DNA from: Bacillota bacterium
Lineage (GTDB): Bacteria; Bacillota_I; Bacilli_A; RFN20; CAG-288
Direction of reading: 5' to 3'
DNA length: 64,000 bases
NCBI GenBank assembly: GCA_023398335.1
Contig: JAEWSJ010000037.1
Coordinates: forward strand, 2,521 to 66,520
The notes under the pieces were generated by a model that had not been told where the DNA came from, ran no database searches, and saw only the letters and a list, made by a program, of their open reading frames with translations. Below are positions 1-8,866 of this stretch, in pieces; within the stretch, counting starts at the first letter, position 1, and each line of letters opens with the position of its first letter. The translations under genes were made by a program, and so were the position numbers.

Positions 1-1036
1 TAAATTAGAAAGTTTCGATAAAGCATCAAACAGCATTACTTATATTGCTAATGAATATTATCCAACCCAAACTAATGTAAATAAAATTGTGTACAAGTTA
101 TTTTCAAACGAAGATGTTATGTACACTGCATTAACAAATGGAGAACTAGATTTTATTTGGAATTACTCAACCGGAGTCTCATCAACATATCAAAGCGTTT
201 TAGACAAGGCTAATAATATTAAGCTTGAAAGCGTTGCGTCAACAAACTGCCCTGCTATGTTAACATTTAATAACAAAAAAGGTCTTATGTCTGATAAGAA
301 CATTCGTTTTGCAGTCTCATATGCGCTAGATTATAATTCGTTTAAAACTTATTTTGGTAGTCCTTATGCCAAAACTCCAAACAGAAGTTTTGCTCCTTCT
401 TCCCTTGTCGGTTATAAACCAACAGTCCAATTAGAAACAAATTTAGCAACCGCCACAAATTATATGACTGACGCTGGATATGCTAAAGGAACCAAATATT
501 GGGAAAAAGATGGAACAACCGCTCAATTTGCTTTAACTGTAAATTCAGGAAAGGCCAATCATGTCGGTTATGCTGAATTTGTTAAAACACAACTCGAAGC
601 CTTTGGAATAAAAGTTAACTTAGATGCAGTTGATTCGGTTACTTACAATGAGAAAACATCGCATAAGTTTGCTACAGAAGGAAAGCATCAATACGGCGAA
701 ATAACAATGGAAGCAGCTATCATGGGTTACACTTCCTTCGGTATGTCTAATCTTGGTGGAATGTATATAAACGGAAATCACACTGTCCAGGGCGGCGCAG
801 AATGTTATAGTGATGAACTCAACACCGCAATGTCCGATATGGATAAGTCAAAAACGTTAGAAGAATATGTTACTGCAGCTGGAAAATTACAAGATTATTA
901 TGCTAAAGAGACACCTGCAATTGCTTTGTATTGGGATAATATTTTTTACGCTCATAATGTAGCTATAAATAATTTAGTAATTGATGGAACATTTGGATTA
1001 AACAACATCAATACATGGTTTAAGATATCAAAGTAA
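1..1036 (+). CDS. ABC transporter substrate-binding protein, family 5 (OppA/DppA/NikA-like); 5' end lies outside the window
   Basis: The ORF frame stays open from position 2, upstream of the listed GTG at 89. The C-terminal half resembles family-5 solute-binding proteins and is followed by OppB/OppC-type permeases. Confidence 0.65.
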   Translation, partial: KLESFDKASNSITYIANEYYPTQTNVNKIVYKLFSNEDVMYTALTNGELDFIWNYSTGVSSTYQSVLDKANNIKLESVASTNCPAMLTFNNKKGLMSDKNIRFAVSYALDYNSFKTYFGSPYAKTPNRSFAPSSLVGYKPTVQLETNLATATNYMTDAGYAKGTKYWEKDGTTAQFALTVNSGKANHVGYAEFVKTQLEAFGIKVNLDAVDSVTYNEKTSHKFATEGKHQYGEITMEAAIMGYTSFGMSNLGGMYINGNHTVQGGAECYSDELNTAMSDMDKSKTLEEYVTAAGKLQDYYAKETPAIALYWDNIFYAHNVAINNLVIDGTFGLNNINTWFKISK

Positions 1037-1060
1037 TTAAAAAGAAAGGAAATGTAATTT

Positions 1061-2038
1061 GTGAAAAAATATTTAAAACATATTTTAATCGCACTTATTT
1101 GTTTCCTTTTAATCGTGGTAATAAATTTTGCTCTTCCTAGATTGCTTCCTGGAAATCCAATTGGCTATTTAACGGGATTTGAAGAAGAAGGAATGTCTCA
1201 AGAAAAATATAATTTCTATTATCACGCATTGCATTTAAATGAAAACATTTTTGTTCAATTTAAGTATTATTTGATATCTTTATTCGATGGAAGTCTAGGT
1301 TATTCATTTAAAAAAGAAACTGTTGTCTCAAGTTTGATTGGAGAAAGAATCGGTTATTCTCTCCAAATAACCTTACCAGCAATAATAATTTCGATAATAT
1401 TAGGTTTGATTTGGGGAATAAACTGCGGCTATAAAAAAAATAAAAGATTAGACAAAGTATCTACCCCGCTATTAATTATTCAAAATGCTATTCCATCTTT
1501 TATGATTGCATTAATTCTCGTTATAGTTTGTTGCTTTAAAAACAAATGGTTCCCATATATGGGTCTAACAAGTGGTGACTACATAGAAGGAACAAGCGCA
1601 TATTTTTGGGATCGAATTTATCATTTGATTCTACCTATAACTACCTTAGTCGTTGCCTCATTACCGGCAAGATTCTTGTTAGTAAGAAACATTTCAGCAA
1701 AATTTGCAGATGATAAAAGTATTTTATATGCAAAACAAAGAGGATTAAATGACACAAAAATAAAATACAAGTATCTATTACCTAATATCGCTCAGCCATT
1801 TATTACAATGGTTGGCGCAAGCATAGGTTCTTGTGTCGGTGGTTCGATAATTGTTGAAAATGTATTCTCGATTAACGGCGTTGGAAATTTGTTAAACGAA
1901 GCAGTTTACACTTTGGATTATCCATTAATGCAAGGCTTGCTTTTTGTTACCACATTTATAATGATAATCTGCGTTATTTTATCAGATATAGTTTGTATTA
2001 TTATCGATCCTAGAGTTAGAAAGGAGAATGCAGTATGA
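1061..2038 (+). CDS. ABC transporter permease (OppB/DppB/NikB family)
   Basis: N-terminal TM helix followed by a 'LPGNPIGY' motif; multi-TM; BPD_transp_1-like EAA region. It overlaps the next permease by 4 nt. Confidence 0.8.
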   Translation: MKKYLKHILIALICFLLIVVINFALPRLLPGNPIGYLTGFEEEGMSQEKYNFYYHALHLNENIFVQFKYYLISLFDGSLGYSFKKETVVSSLIGERIGYSLQITLPAIIISIILGLIWGINCGYKKNKRLDKVSTPLLIIQNAIPSFMIALILVIVCCFKNKWFPYMGLTSGDYIEGTSAYFWDRIYHLILPITTLVVASLPARFLLVRNISAKFADDKSILYAKQRGLNDTKIKYKYLLPNIAQPFITMVGASIGSCVGGSIIVENVFSINGVGNLLNEAVYTLDYPLMQGLLFVTTFIMIICVILSDIVCIIIDPRVRKENAV

Positions 2039-2847
2039 AAAAAAAGTACCTTCCATTTCTAATTATTGGGGTTTCTATTCTATTATTTTTTACTATCGTA
2101 GCTATTTTTCCTCAGTTATTTACTTCATATGATCGAAAAATGTCTTTCGGTCCATGGCTTTCACCTTCGAAAGAGCACCTCTTAGGAACTAACTCTTTGG
2201 GCTATGATATATGGACAGAACTGATATACGGAACCAAAGATACGATGTTAGTTGGAATACTATCTAGTATTCTTACAATCGTGATTGGTTTAGTTGTTGG
2301 AATACTAGCAGCCCAAAAAGGTATCATTGGAGCCATATTTAACGGACTAATTAATATTTTTGTCCTCATTCCAAAATTAATAACACTTATTGTTCTAGCG
2401 GCTTTCATTGGCAGTTCGAACTTAAATTTAATTATCCTAATTGCACTTTTTCCTTGGGTGGGTTTAGCAAGAAGCGTTCGAGCAAAAATAATTCACATGA
2501 AAACAGAACCATTTATTGAAGTTTGTTCATTATATGGATATAGTAAATACCACACTGTAATACATCATATATTGCCAAATCTCAAAGATATTATTTTATC
2601 AAAATTTTTACTATCAATAACCGGATGTATAATGATGGAATCTACTTTAAGTTTTTTAGGCTTTGGCAATATTTATTATCCAACATGGGGTGTTATGATT
2701 AATTTTGCCCGTAGTAAAGGAGCATTAATAAGAGGAGCATATAATTACTTATTATCCCCTTGTATATGCATCATGTTATTATCGTTATCATTTTATTTTA
2801 TCTCTTTGTACATCGATGCAAAAAGTAGCACAATTCAAGAAATCTAG
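2035..2847 (+). CDS. ABC transporter permease (OppC/DppC/NikC family)
   Basis: 'HLLGTNSLGYDIWTELIYG' matches the conserved OppC N-terminal motif. It is a multi-TM protein with an ATGA overlap to the upstream permease. Confidence 0.8.
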   Translation: MKKKYLPFLIIGVSILLFFTIVAIFPQLFTSYDRKMSFGPWLSPSKEHLLGTNSLGYDIWTELIYGTKDTMLVGILSSILTIVIGLVVGILAAQKGIIGAIFNGLINIFVLIPKLITLIVLAAFIGSSNLNLIILIALFPWVGLARSVRAKIIHMKTEPFIEVCSLYGYSKYHTVIHHILPNLKDIILSKFLLSITGCIMMESTLSFLGFGNIYYPTWGVMINFARSKGALIRGAYNYLLSPCICIMLLSLSFYFISLYIDAKSSTIQEI

Positions 2848-2859
2848 GAGGATATATTT

Positions 2860-3714
2860 ATGTGTGATTCTAGAAACGAAACTTGTCACTGCGGCGAAGG
2901 CCATACTCATAATGGTGCGCAACATTCTCATGTTCATTTATCAGATATTAGATCGTCAGTTCAACATGAATTGATGGGAAAAGACGAACGTATTACTGAT
3001 AGTAAGGAAGTACTAGCAGCTAAAGAGAACTTAAATATTGAAGGTAAAACCATTGATAATTATTTAGCTTTAACATCTGCTTTATGTTTACAATTACGCT
3101 ATAACGAAGTAATCGATGTTTGTAAAGAAGCATTATCAATCGAACCAAATAACTTTAAAGTTAAAAGATTATTAGCACTTCGATATTTAACAACCGGACA
3201 TAATGATGAAGCTCTTGCTCTTTTTACCGAACTAAAAGCGGAGAGTTTCGATCCTTTAGATATTGCCTATCGTTTAGGTTTATGTCAATTCTATAAAGGA
3301 AACTATACTTCTGCCTCCGATTTATTTTTGGAAGGAATTAATTATTGCCAAGATCGACCTGAAATGTATATTGCATGTTTATATTGGTACTTATTCTGCT
3401 TGGTTGAATTAAAAAAAGATATTACTCCAGCGCTAAAACTTTATCATGAGATGGATGTAGGTCACCATGTAGGATATCTTCTTGCAGTTGAATTATTTTT
3501 AGGAAAAAAAGATGAAGACCTTAAAGAACAATCTAAGAGTAATAATTTAACACGGATAATGTACTTGTTTGGGCTATACCATTACTATCTATATACTAAC
3601 GAATCTTTACTTGCTAAAAAAACTTTTGATGAAGGAATTGCTTGTGATGAGTATTGGGCAAGTTTTTCTGGTATGGGTTTTTGGAATGTTTTTTTAAGAA
3701 ATAAAACAAAATAA
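2860..3714 (+). CDS. TPR-repeat protein with a His/Cys-rich N-terminus (putative metal-binding)
   Basis: The N-terminus reads 'CHCGEGHTHNGAQHSHVH'. The rest has a TPR-like helical repeat pattern. An AGGAGG RBS sits 12 nt after the permease stop. Confidence 0.5.
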   Translation: MCDSRNETCHCGEGHTHNGAQHSHVHLSDIRSSVQHELMGKDERITDSKEVLAAKENLNIEGKTIDNYLALTSALCLQLRYNEVIDVCKEALSIEPNNFKVKRLLALRYLTTGHNDEALALFTELKAESFDPLDIAYRLGLCQFYKGNYTSASDLFLEGINYCQDRPEMYIACLYWYLFCLVELKKDITPALKLYHEMDVGHHVGYLLAVELFLGKKDEDLKEQSKSNNLTRIMYLFGLYHYYLYTNESLLAKKTFDEGIACDEYWASFSGMGFWNVFLRNKTK

Positions 3715-3761
3715 AAACGTATTTTGATATAAATATCAATTGATTAATTCCTATATGTTAT

Positions 3762-4910
3762 ATGAGTAATTCATATAAATGCCCCATATGTGGAAATACC
3801 GATGAACGTTTTATCGGCTACAGAAATGGAAGTCCATATTGCAGAAAATGCATTGGATTTTCAGGTTTTCATGTCCACGATTCTAGAATTAGAAGCAAAT
3901 TCGTTTCTTTATCATTATCTTATATGTTATCGAAAGAGCAAGAAAGAATCTCACAAGAAGTTTTGGAAAATATAAAGAATCACAAAAACGTTTTAATTTA
4001 CGCGGTAACTGGAGCTGGCAAAACCGAATTGGTTTATAAAACCATGGAATATGTAATTCAGCATGGTGGAAATGTTGGATTTGCAATTCCAAGACGTGAT
4101 GTAGTTATCGACTTGACCCCACGCATAAAGAATGCCTTTAAAGATGCTAATGTTATTGCAGTTTATGGTGGAAATTCAAAAAGATTAGAAGGCGATATCA
4201 TTGTTTTAACGACGCATCAATTATACCGATACGAAAAGTTTTTCGATTTGTTAATTGTAGACGAAATTGACGCGTTTCCCTTTAAAGACAATGACTTATT
4301 AAATACATTTCTTAAAAAATCAATTAAAGGAAATTTTATCTATTTATCCGCCACTCCTACTGAAAAAGATAAAAAAGATATAATTAAGAATAATGGAGTT
4401 GTTCTAGAATTATTCAAACGATATCACAATCATCCTCTTCCTGTACCAAAATATATAAAGCCTGAAATAAGCGCATATTTTACCTGTGCTAAATTACTTA
4501 AAAACTTTGTTAACTCGCATAAGCAAGTTTTTCTTTTTGTCCCAACAATAAACATCGGAATCTCTTTATTTCGCTTTCTAAAGTATCAAATTAAAGGAGG
4601 AGTATTAGTTCATTCTGAAGAGCCAAAGCGCGATGAATATATTAAACAATTCAAAGAGAAAAAACTAAACTATTTAGTTACAACTTCAATTCTCGAGCGT
4701 GGAGTTACGGTGGAAAATTTACAAGTAATTGTTTTTAACGCAGATCATAAATTATATACAAAAGAAACACTAATTCAAATTGCTGGACGAGTAGGAAGAA
4801 AAACTACCGCGCCAGAAGGAGAAGTCATCTTCATTGGAGAATATCAAAGTGAAAATATCAAAGAATGTATCAGAGAAATTTCAGCAATTAACAAAAAAGC
4901 ATATTTGTAA
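3762..4910 (+). CDS. comFA: Competence protein ComFA-like DEAD/DEAH helicase
   Basis: N-terminal 4-Cys zinc ribbon (CPICGN...CRKC); Walker A 'AVTGAGKTE'; 'LIVDEIDAF' DEAD-like box; helicase C-terminal motifs. A PRTase-type ComFC gene follows. Confidence 0.7.
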   Translation: MSNSYKCPICGNTDERFIGYRNGSPYCRKCIGFSGFHVHDSRIRSKFVSLSLSYMLSKEQERISQEVLENIKNHKNVLIYAVTGAGKTELVYKTMEYVIQHGGNVGFAIPRRDVVIDLTPRIKNAFKDANVIAVYGGNSKRLEGDIIVLTTHQLYRYEKFFDLLIVDEIDAFPFKDNDLLNTFLKKSIKGNFIYLSATPTEKDKKDIIKNNGVVLELFKRYHNHPLPVPKYIKPEISAYFTCAKLLKNFVNSHKQVFLFVPTINIGISLFRFLKYQIKGGVLVHSEEPKRDEYIKQFKEKKLNYLVTTSILERGVTVENLQVIVFNADHKLYTKETLIQIAGRVGRKTTAPEGEVIFIGEYQSENIKECIREISAINKKAYL

Positions 4911-5535
4911 AGTTTGCTTTAAAGATATTAATCACATATCTTTAACTTCATTAATAAATAAAAATGATTGCTTATGTTTTGAATGCTTTAAAAAGATGAA
5001 CTACAAGCCTCAGTTTAGTCACATTGGAAAGTATCAATGCTTATCTCTTGCTGATTATAAAGAACCTTTATCTTCAACTTTAATTAACTTCAAAGAAAAT
5101 CTTGATGTTGAATTATCCGCAGTCTTTTTGAATTACTATTGTTCGTTACTAAAACTATTCTATTTTAGCTACAACATCGTTATAATTCCTTCTTCAAGCG
5201 AAAAAGAAAAAGAAAGAGGTTTTTCACATTTACATGAAATGTTTAAATGTCTAAATCTTCCTTTTCTAGATGTTTTGATCAAAGAATCTGGTTTCACACA
5301 AAAAAAGTCGAATAAACAACAAAGAGAAAAAAACGCTTCGAGTTTTAAAATTGAAAATGGCGAAGCAATAAGAAACAAAAAAATATTGGTAGTTGACGAT
5401 GTTATCACTACTGGCTCGTCATTAAAAGCATGTGTGAAATTACTAGAGAATTTCAATCCTAAAAAAATAAAAATATTGTTAATTATGAGAGACAGTTCAA
5501 CGGATAAATATACCGATCTCTTCTCTAAAGATTAA
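4834..5535 (+). CDS. comFC: ComFC/GntX-family phosphoribosyltransferase-domain competence protein
   Basis: N-terminal Cys pairs (CKVC...CLCFEC) and the PRTase motif 'ILVVDDVITTGSS'. The listed start is TTG and overlaps comFA by 77 nt; the true start is uncertain. Confidence 0.65.
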   Translation: MENIKVKISKNVSEKFQQLTKKHICKVCFKDINHISLTSLINKNDCLCFECFKKMNYKPQFSHIGKYQCLSLADYKEPLSSTLINFKENLDVELSAVFLNYYCSLLKLFYFSYNIVIIPSSSEKEKERGFSHLHEMFKCLNLPFLDVLIKESGFTQKKSNKQQREKNASSFKIENGEAIRNKKILVVDDVITTGSSLKACVKLLENFNPKKIKILLIMRDSSTDKYTDLFSKD

Positions 5536-5536
5536 G

Positions 5537-5565
5537 TTGAATCGCCATGTTTATCTTTGTATAAT
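5537..5565 (+). promoter_or_regulatory. Sigma-70-type promoter for tRNA-Gln
   Basis: TTGAAT, 17-bp spacer, then TATAAT, about 10 nt upstream of the tRNA 5' end. Confidence 0.4.
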
Positions 5566-5575
5566 TATAATTACT

Positions 5576-5650
5576 TGGGCTATAGTCAAGCGGTAAGACA
5601 GCAGACTCTGAATCTGTCATGCGCTGGTTCGAATCCAGCTAGCCCAGCCA
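5576..5650 (+). tRNA. tRNA-Gln (anticodon CUG)
   Basis: A manual cloverleaf fits: 7-bp acceptor stem with a U1:A72 pair; anticodon stem GCAGA/TCTGT with loop CTCTGAA giving anticodon CTG; T-arm GCTGG-TTCGAAT-CCAGC; discriminator G; encoded CCA. Confidence 0.85.
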
Positions 5651-5682
5651 TATTGAAATCACAGGATTGATACAATGTTGTC

Positions 5683-5709
5683 AGTCTTTTTTATACGAAT
5701 AAAAAGACT
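5683..5709. terminator. Bidirectional intrinsic terminator between tRNA-Gln and rlmH
   Basis: AGTCTTTTT / AAAAAGACT stem flanked by A and T runs. Confidence 0.4.
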
Positions 5710-6188
5710 TACTTGTGATAAGTCTCGTTGTTATTAATCTTAAATGCCCTATATACTTGTTCCATGATTAGCATCAAAGTTTGCGGATGTGTAAATGTCA
5801 TATCTGAAATCTTCAATCGATAATCTGCATACGAGCGTACTTCATCTGATATACCATACGAACTACCAATAATAAATGAAATTGACGAATAACTTTTATT
5901 AGTTATATCATTAATTTTATCAGCAAATTTTTCTGATGACAAAGATACGCCATGTAAATCTAATAAAATCTTATAATCAGTAGATTTACATGTTTTAACA
6001 ATTCTTTTTCCTTCTTCAAGAAGTGATTTATCCACTTCAGCTTTTTTATATATTAATGGTAAGGGAGATTCATCGATATAAGTTAAAGAAAAATCAGCGT
6101 AATGACTGATTCTTTCCTTATATAAACTTATGGCATTTTTTATATAAGGTTCTTTAATCTTACCCACTATATAGAAATTAATCTTCAT
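5709..6188 (-). CDS. rlmH: 23S rRNA (pseudouridine1915-N3)-methyltransferase RlmH (SPOUT)
   Basis: 'MKINFYIVGKIKEPYI...' matches the RlmH/YbeA family. Start chosen at the internal Met at 6188. Sits immediately downstream of a yycJ-like gene, as in Bacillus. Confidence 0.8.
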   Translation of the reverse strand: MKINFYIVGKIKEPYIKNAISLYKERISHYADFSLTYIDESPLPLIYKKAEVDKSLLEEGKRIVKTCKSTDYKILLDLHGVSLSSEKFADKINDITNKSYSSISFIIGSSYGISDEVRSYADYRLKISDMTFTHPQTLMLIMEQVYRAFKINNNETYHK

Positions 6189-6939
6189 TCTTATCTCCAC
6201 CAAAAACAACATTTTCTATAGATGCACAGCGAACAAGAATATTAGGTTCTTTTCCAAATTGAGCTAACATTACTTTCTTATATGTATCTAATGCGATCGA
6301 AGGAGTATTGCATTCTTCTGATAAGTGCGCTAATGTGATTTCCTTTGTGTCTTGACCAATTAAATTAGACAAATAATAACTAGATGCCACATTATCTAAA
6401 TGGCCTTTATCAGATACAATACGCTTAATTAAATATGATGGACGTGATGATTCGTATAGCATCTTTACATCGTGATTCGACTCAAAAACATAATACGTTG
6501 AATCTTTAATCATATTCATTACCTTTGTAGGAAGATAACCCGTATCTGTAACATATGTTAACGTTTCTTTTCCTTCAGTAATGCTAAATCCACACGTGTT
6601 TGTCGCGTCATGTGATAACGGAAATGATTTAATACTAAATTCATCAAAATCAAAAGACTCAAAAGCAGAAAGATATTGTGATTTATCTAAATCTTCATTT
6701 ATTACATAAAGAGAAGTAATCCACTTATCTTGCGGAATAAACCTAATTCCTTTGACATGGTCACTATGTCCATGAGTGATTAATAACAAAGATATATCTT
6801 CAATACCTAAACCACATTGACTAAGCTTATCCACTAAAGTTTTCTTAGTTAGACCGCAGTCTATCATAATTACATGCTTTTTGCCGATAACAATTGTGCA
6901 ATTCCCTTTAGAGCCAGAAGATAAAACGGCATATTTCAT
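6178..6939 (-). CDS. Metallo-beta-lactamase-fold hydrolase, YycJ/WalJ-like
   Basis: 'HGHSDHVKG' metal-binding motif. The N-terminus 'AVLSSGSKGNCTIV' resembles YycJ. Confidence 0.7.
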   Translation of the reverse strand: MKYAVLSSGSKGNCTIVIGKKHVIMIDCGLTKKTLVDKLSQCGLGIEDISLLLITHGHSDHVKGIRFIPQDKWITSLYVINEDLDKSQYLSAFESFDFDEFSIKSFPLSHDATNTCGFSITEGKETLTYVTDTGYLPTKVMNMIKDSTYYVFESNHDVKMLYESSRPSYLIKRIVSDKGHLDNVASSYYLSNLIGQDTKEITLAHLSEECNTPSIALDTYKKVMLAQFGKEPNILVRCASIENVVFGGDKNED

Positions 6940-6941
6940 CG

Positions 6942-8414
6942 TTAATATTCCATTCCAACTTCATTTGGATCAGCCACAGATTCAAATCTACATACATCTT
7001 TATAGAAGACAAAATCAGCGTTTCCAACTTTACCATTTCTGTTTTTAGCAACAATAACAGTAACATTAGAAATATTATTATCATTGCTATTAAAAGAAGG
7101 TGCTTCTGATTCTAATGGTGGATCTTTCGGAATACCATTTGAATCAAATTGACCATTGTTCTCATTCAAATCTTTATAGTAGTCTTTACGATAAATAAAC
7201 ATAACCTGATCTGCATCTTGCTCGATGGAGCCAGATTCTCTTAAGTCAGATAATGTTGGTTCATGGTCTTTTCTTGCTTCAACAGATCTAGATAACTGAC
7301 ACAATGCCAAAACAGGAACTTGTAAATCTCTCGCCATAAACTTTAAATTACGAGTAATTTCACTAACTTCTTGTTGTCTATTACCTTGATTAGCTTTCGA
7401 GGGAGATGTAATTAAGCCAATATAGTCAATTACAATAAGGGCTAAATCCGGATACTTCGCTTTTAATTTTCTTGCTTTTGATTTGATGTCAATCAATTTT
7501 AATGCGGAGGTATCATCAATAAGAAGTCTTTCTTTTTGAAGTTGCATTATCGCTGCGTTTAAATTATAAGCATCAGAGCCTTTTTCATTATATTGATCAT
7601 GAATCGAATCAAAATCCATACCACGTATGGTATTAGTCGGAAGACGTGACTCTTCAGATAATATTCTTAGTAATATTTGCTCAGCAGACATTTCCAAAGA
7701 GAAAATACCTACAGTACGATTTTGTCGTGCGACTCTTTGTGCAAAATTTAATGCTAAAGCTGTTTTACCCACAGAAGGACGAGCAGCTAAAATAATTAAA
7801 TCTGATGTTTGAAAGCCACCAGTTAATTTATCTAGTTCAACATACCCTGTTGGATATCCATTTAAGTATGGAGCGCTAAGTTTTAAATCAATTCTCTTTT
7901 GTTTTTCATCTTTGATATTTGTTATCAATGATTTAATAACTTCATCCGTTGTTCTAAATTCAGATACTCTTCTTTTTTCAGTAACATTAAGAATTTCTTT
8001 TTCAGCATTACCAACAAAATCAGAAATATCATCGATGGATTTAGTGTTATATTCATTCTTAATTCCATCAATAGTAGAAAATAATTTTCTTATTAATGAT
8101 TTATCTTTAACAATATTAACGTAATATATAATCTCATCATCAAGTGGTTGAATACTGCATATTTCGACAATATAATCAATACCACCAACAGTATTTAAAT
8201 CTTTTTTTTGCTTTAAATACTCCAAAAAGGTCGTGGAATCAGCATGACCTTCTTTATCACGAAGTTCAGATAAATCTTTGAATATTATGCGGTGTTCTTC
8301 AATGCTAAAATCATCAACAACTAACAAGCCAATTACTTTGTAATAGATTTGATCATTAACAATCATTCCGCCTAATACAGATTTTTCTGCTTCGACTAAA
8401 TTATTATTATCCAC
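6942..8414 (-). CDS. dnaB: Replicative DNA helicase DnaB
   Basis: Walker A 'ARPSVGKT' and RecA-like motifs, plus 'VIVAKNRNG' near the C-terminus. Conserved gdpP-rplI-dnaB synteny. Confidence 0.9.
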   Translation of the reverse strand: MDNNNLVEAEKSVLGGMIVNDQIYYKVIGLLVVDDFSIEEHRIIFKDLSELRDKEGHADSTTFLEYLKQKKDLNTVGGIDYIVEICSIQPLDDEIIYYVNIVKDKSLIRKLFSTIDGIKNEYNTKSIDDISDFVGNAEKEILNVTEKRRVSEFRTTDEVIKSLITNIKDEKQKRIDLKLSAPYLNGYPTGYVELDKLTGGFQTSDLIILAARPSVGKTALALNFAQRVARQNRTVGIFSLEMSAEQILLRILSEESRLPTNTIRGMDFDSIHDQYNEKGSDAYNLNAAIMQLQKERLLIDDTSALKLIDIKSKARKLKAKYPDLALIVIDYIGLITSPSKANQGNRQQEVSEITRNLKFMARDLQVPVLALCQLSRSVEARKDHEPTLSDLRESGSIEQDADQVMFIYRKDYYKDLNENNGQFDSNGIPKDPPLESEAPSFNSNDNNISNVTVIVAKNRNGKVGNADFVFYKDVCRFESVADPNEVGMEY

Positions 8415-8866
8415 TATTTACTTAACTCCTTAACTTTTACTTTTACAGTTGCATAAACATCTTTATACAATTCAACTTTTAAATTTGTAACGCCGAAAGA
8501 ATTAATTAAGATTTTATCAACAAATTTTCTTTTATCGATAATAATATCGTATTTCTTCTTTAATTCCTCTGCTATTGTTTTAGTTGAAACAGTTCCAATC
8601 ATATAGCCGTTTTTTCCAACTTGAGCCTCGAATTCCAAACAAATAGAAGATAAAACTCCCGCTAAAGCTTGCGCTTCTTTTTTAAGTTCTTCTTGATGTT
8701 CAGCTTCTTTTTTCTTGTTTTCTTTATATTCAGCTAATGTTTGCTCAGTTAAAAGTTTTCCATAGCCTTGAGGAATAACATAATTAGCTCCGTATCCATC
8801 AGATACTTCAACTATTTCTCCTTCTTTACCAACTTTTTTTAAGTCTTTAATCATTATTACTTTCAT
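8414..8866 (-). CDS. rplI: 50S ribosomal protein L9
   Basis: 'MKVIMIKDLKKVGKEGEIVEVSDGYGANYVIPQGYG' is the L9 N-domain. Start placed at the internal Met with an AAGGAG RBS. Confidence 0.85.
   Translation of the reverse strand: MKVIMIKDLKKVGKEGEIVEVSDGYGANYVIPQGYGKLLTEQTLAEYKENKKKEAEHQEELKKEAQALAGVLSSICLEFEAQVGKNGYMIGTVSTKTIAEELKKKYDIIIDKRKFVDKILINSFGVTNLKVELYKDVYATVKVKVKELSK

Noticed and set aside
89-91. GTG at 89 as the true start of the first gene
   Set aside because: The reading frame is open back to position 2, and the protein corresponds only to the C-terminal half of family-5 SBPs. The gene is 5'-truncated by the window edge.
2202-2408. Small antisense/embedded ORFs inside long genes (for example 2202-2408, 3790-4092, 5169-5456, 7627-8124, 16028-16358, 17405-17780, 23185-23385, 23908-24297, 26132-26956, 53222-53868, 54573-54875)
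   Set aside because: They lie wholly inside well-supported CDSs on the other strand or frame. They have no RBS and low-complexity composition, typical of AT-rich spurious ORFs.
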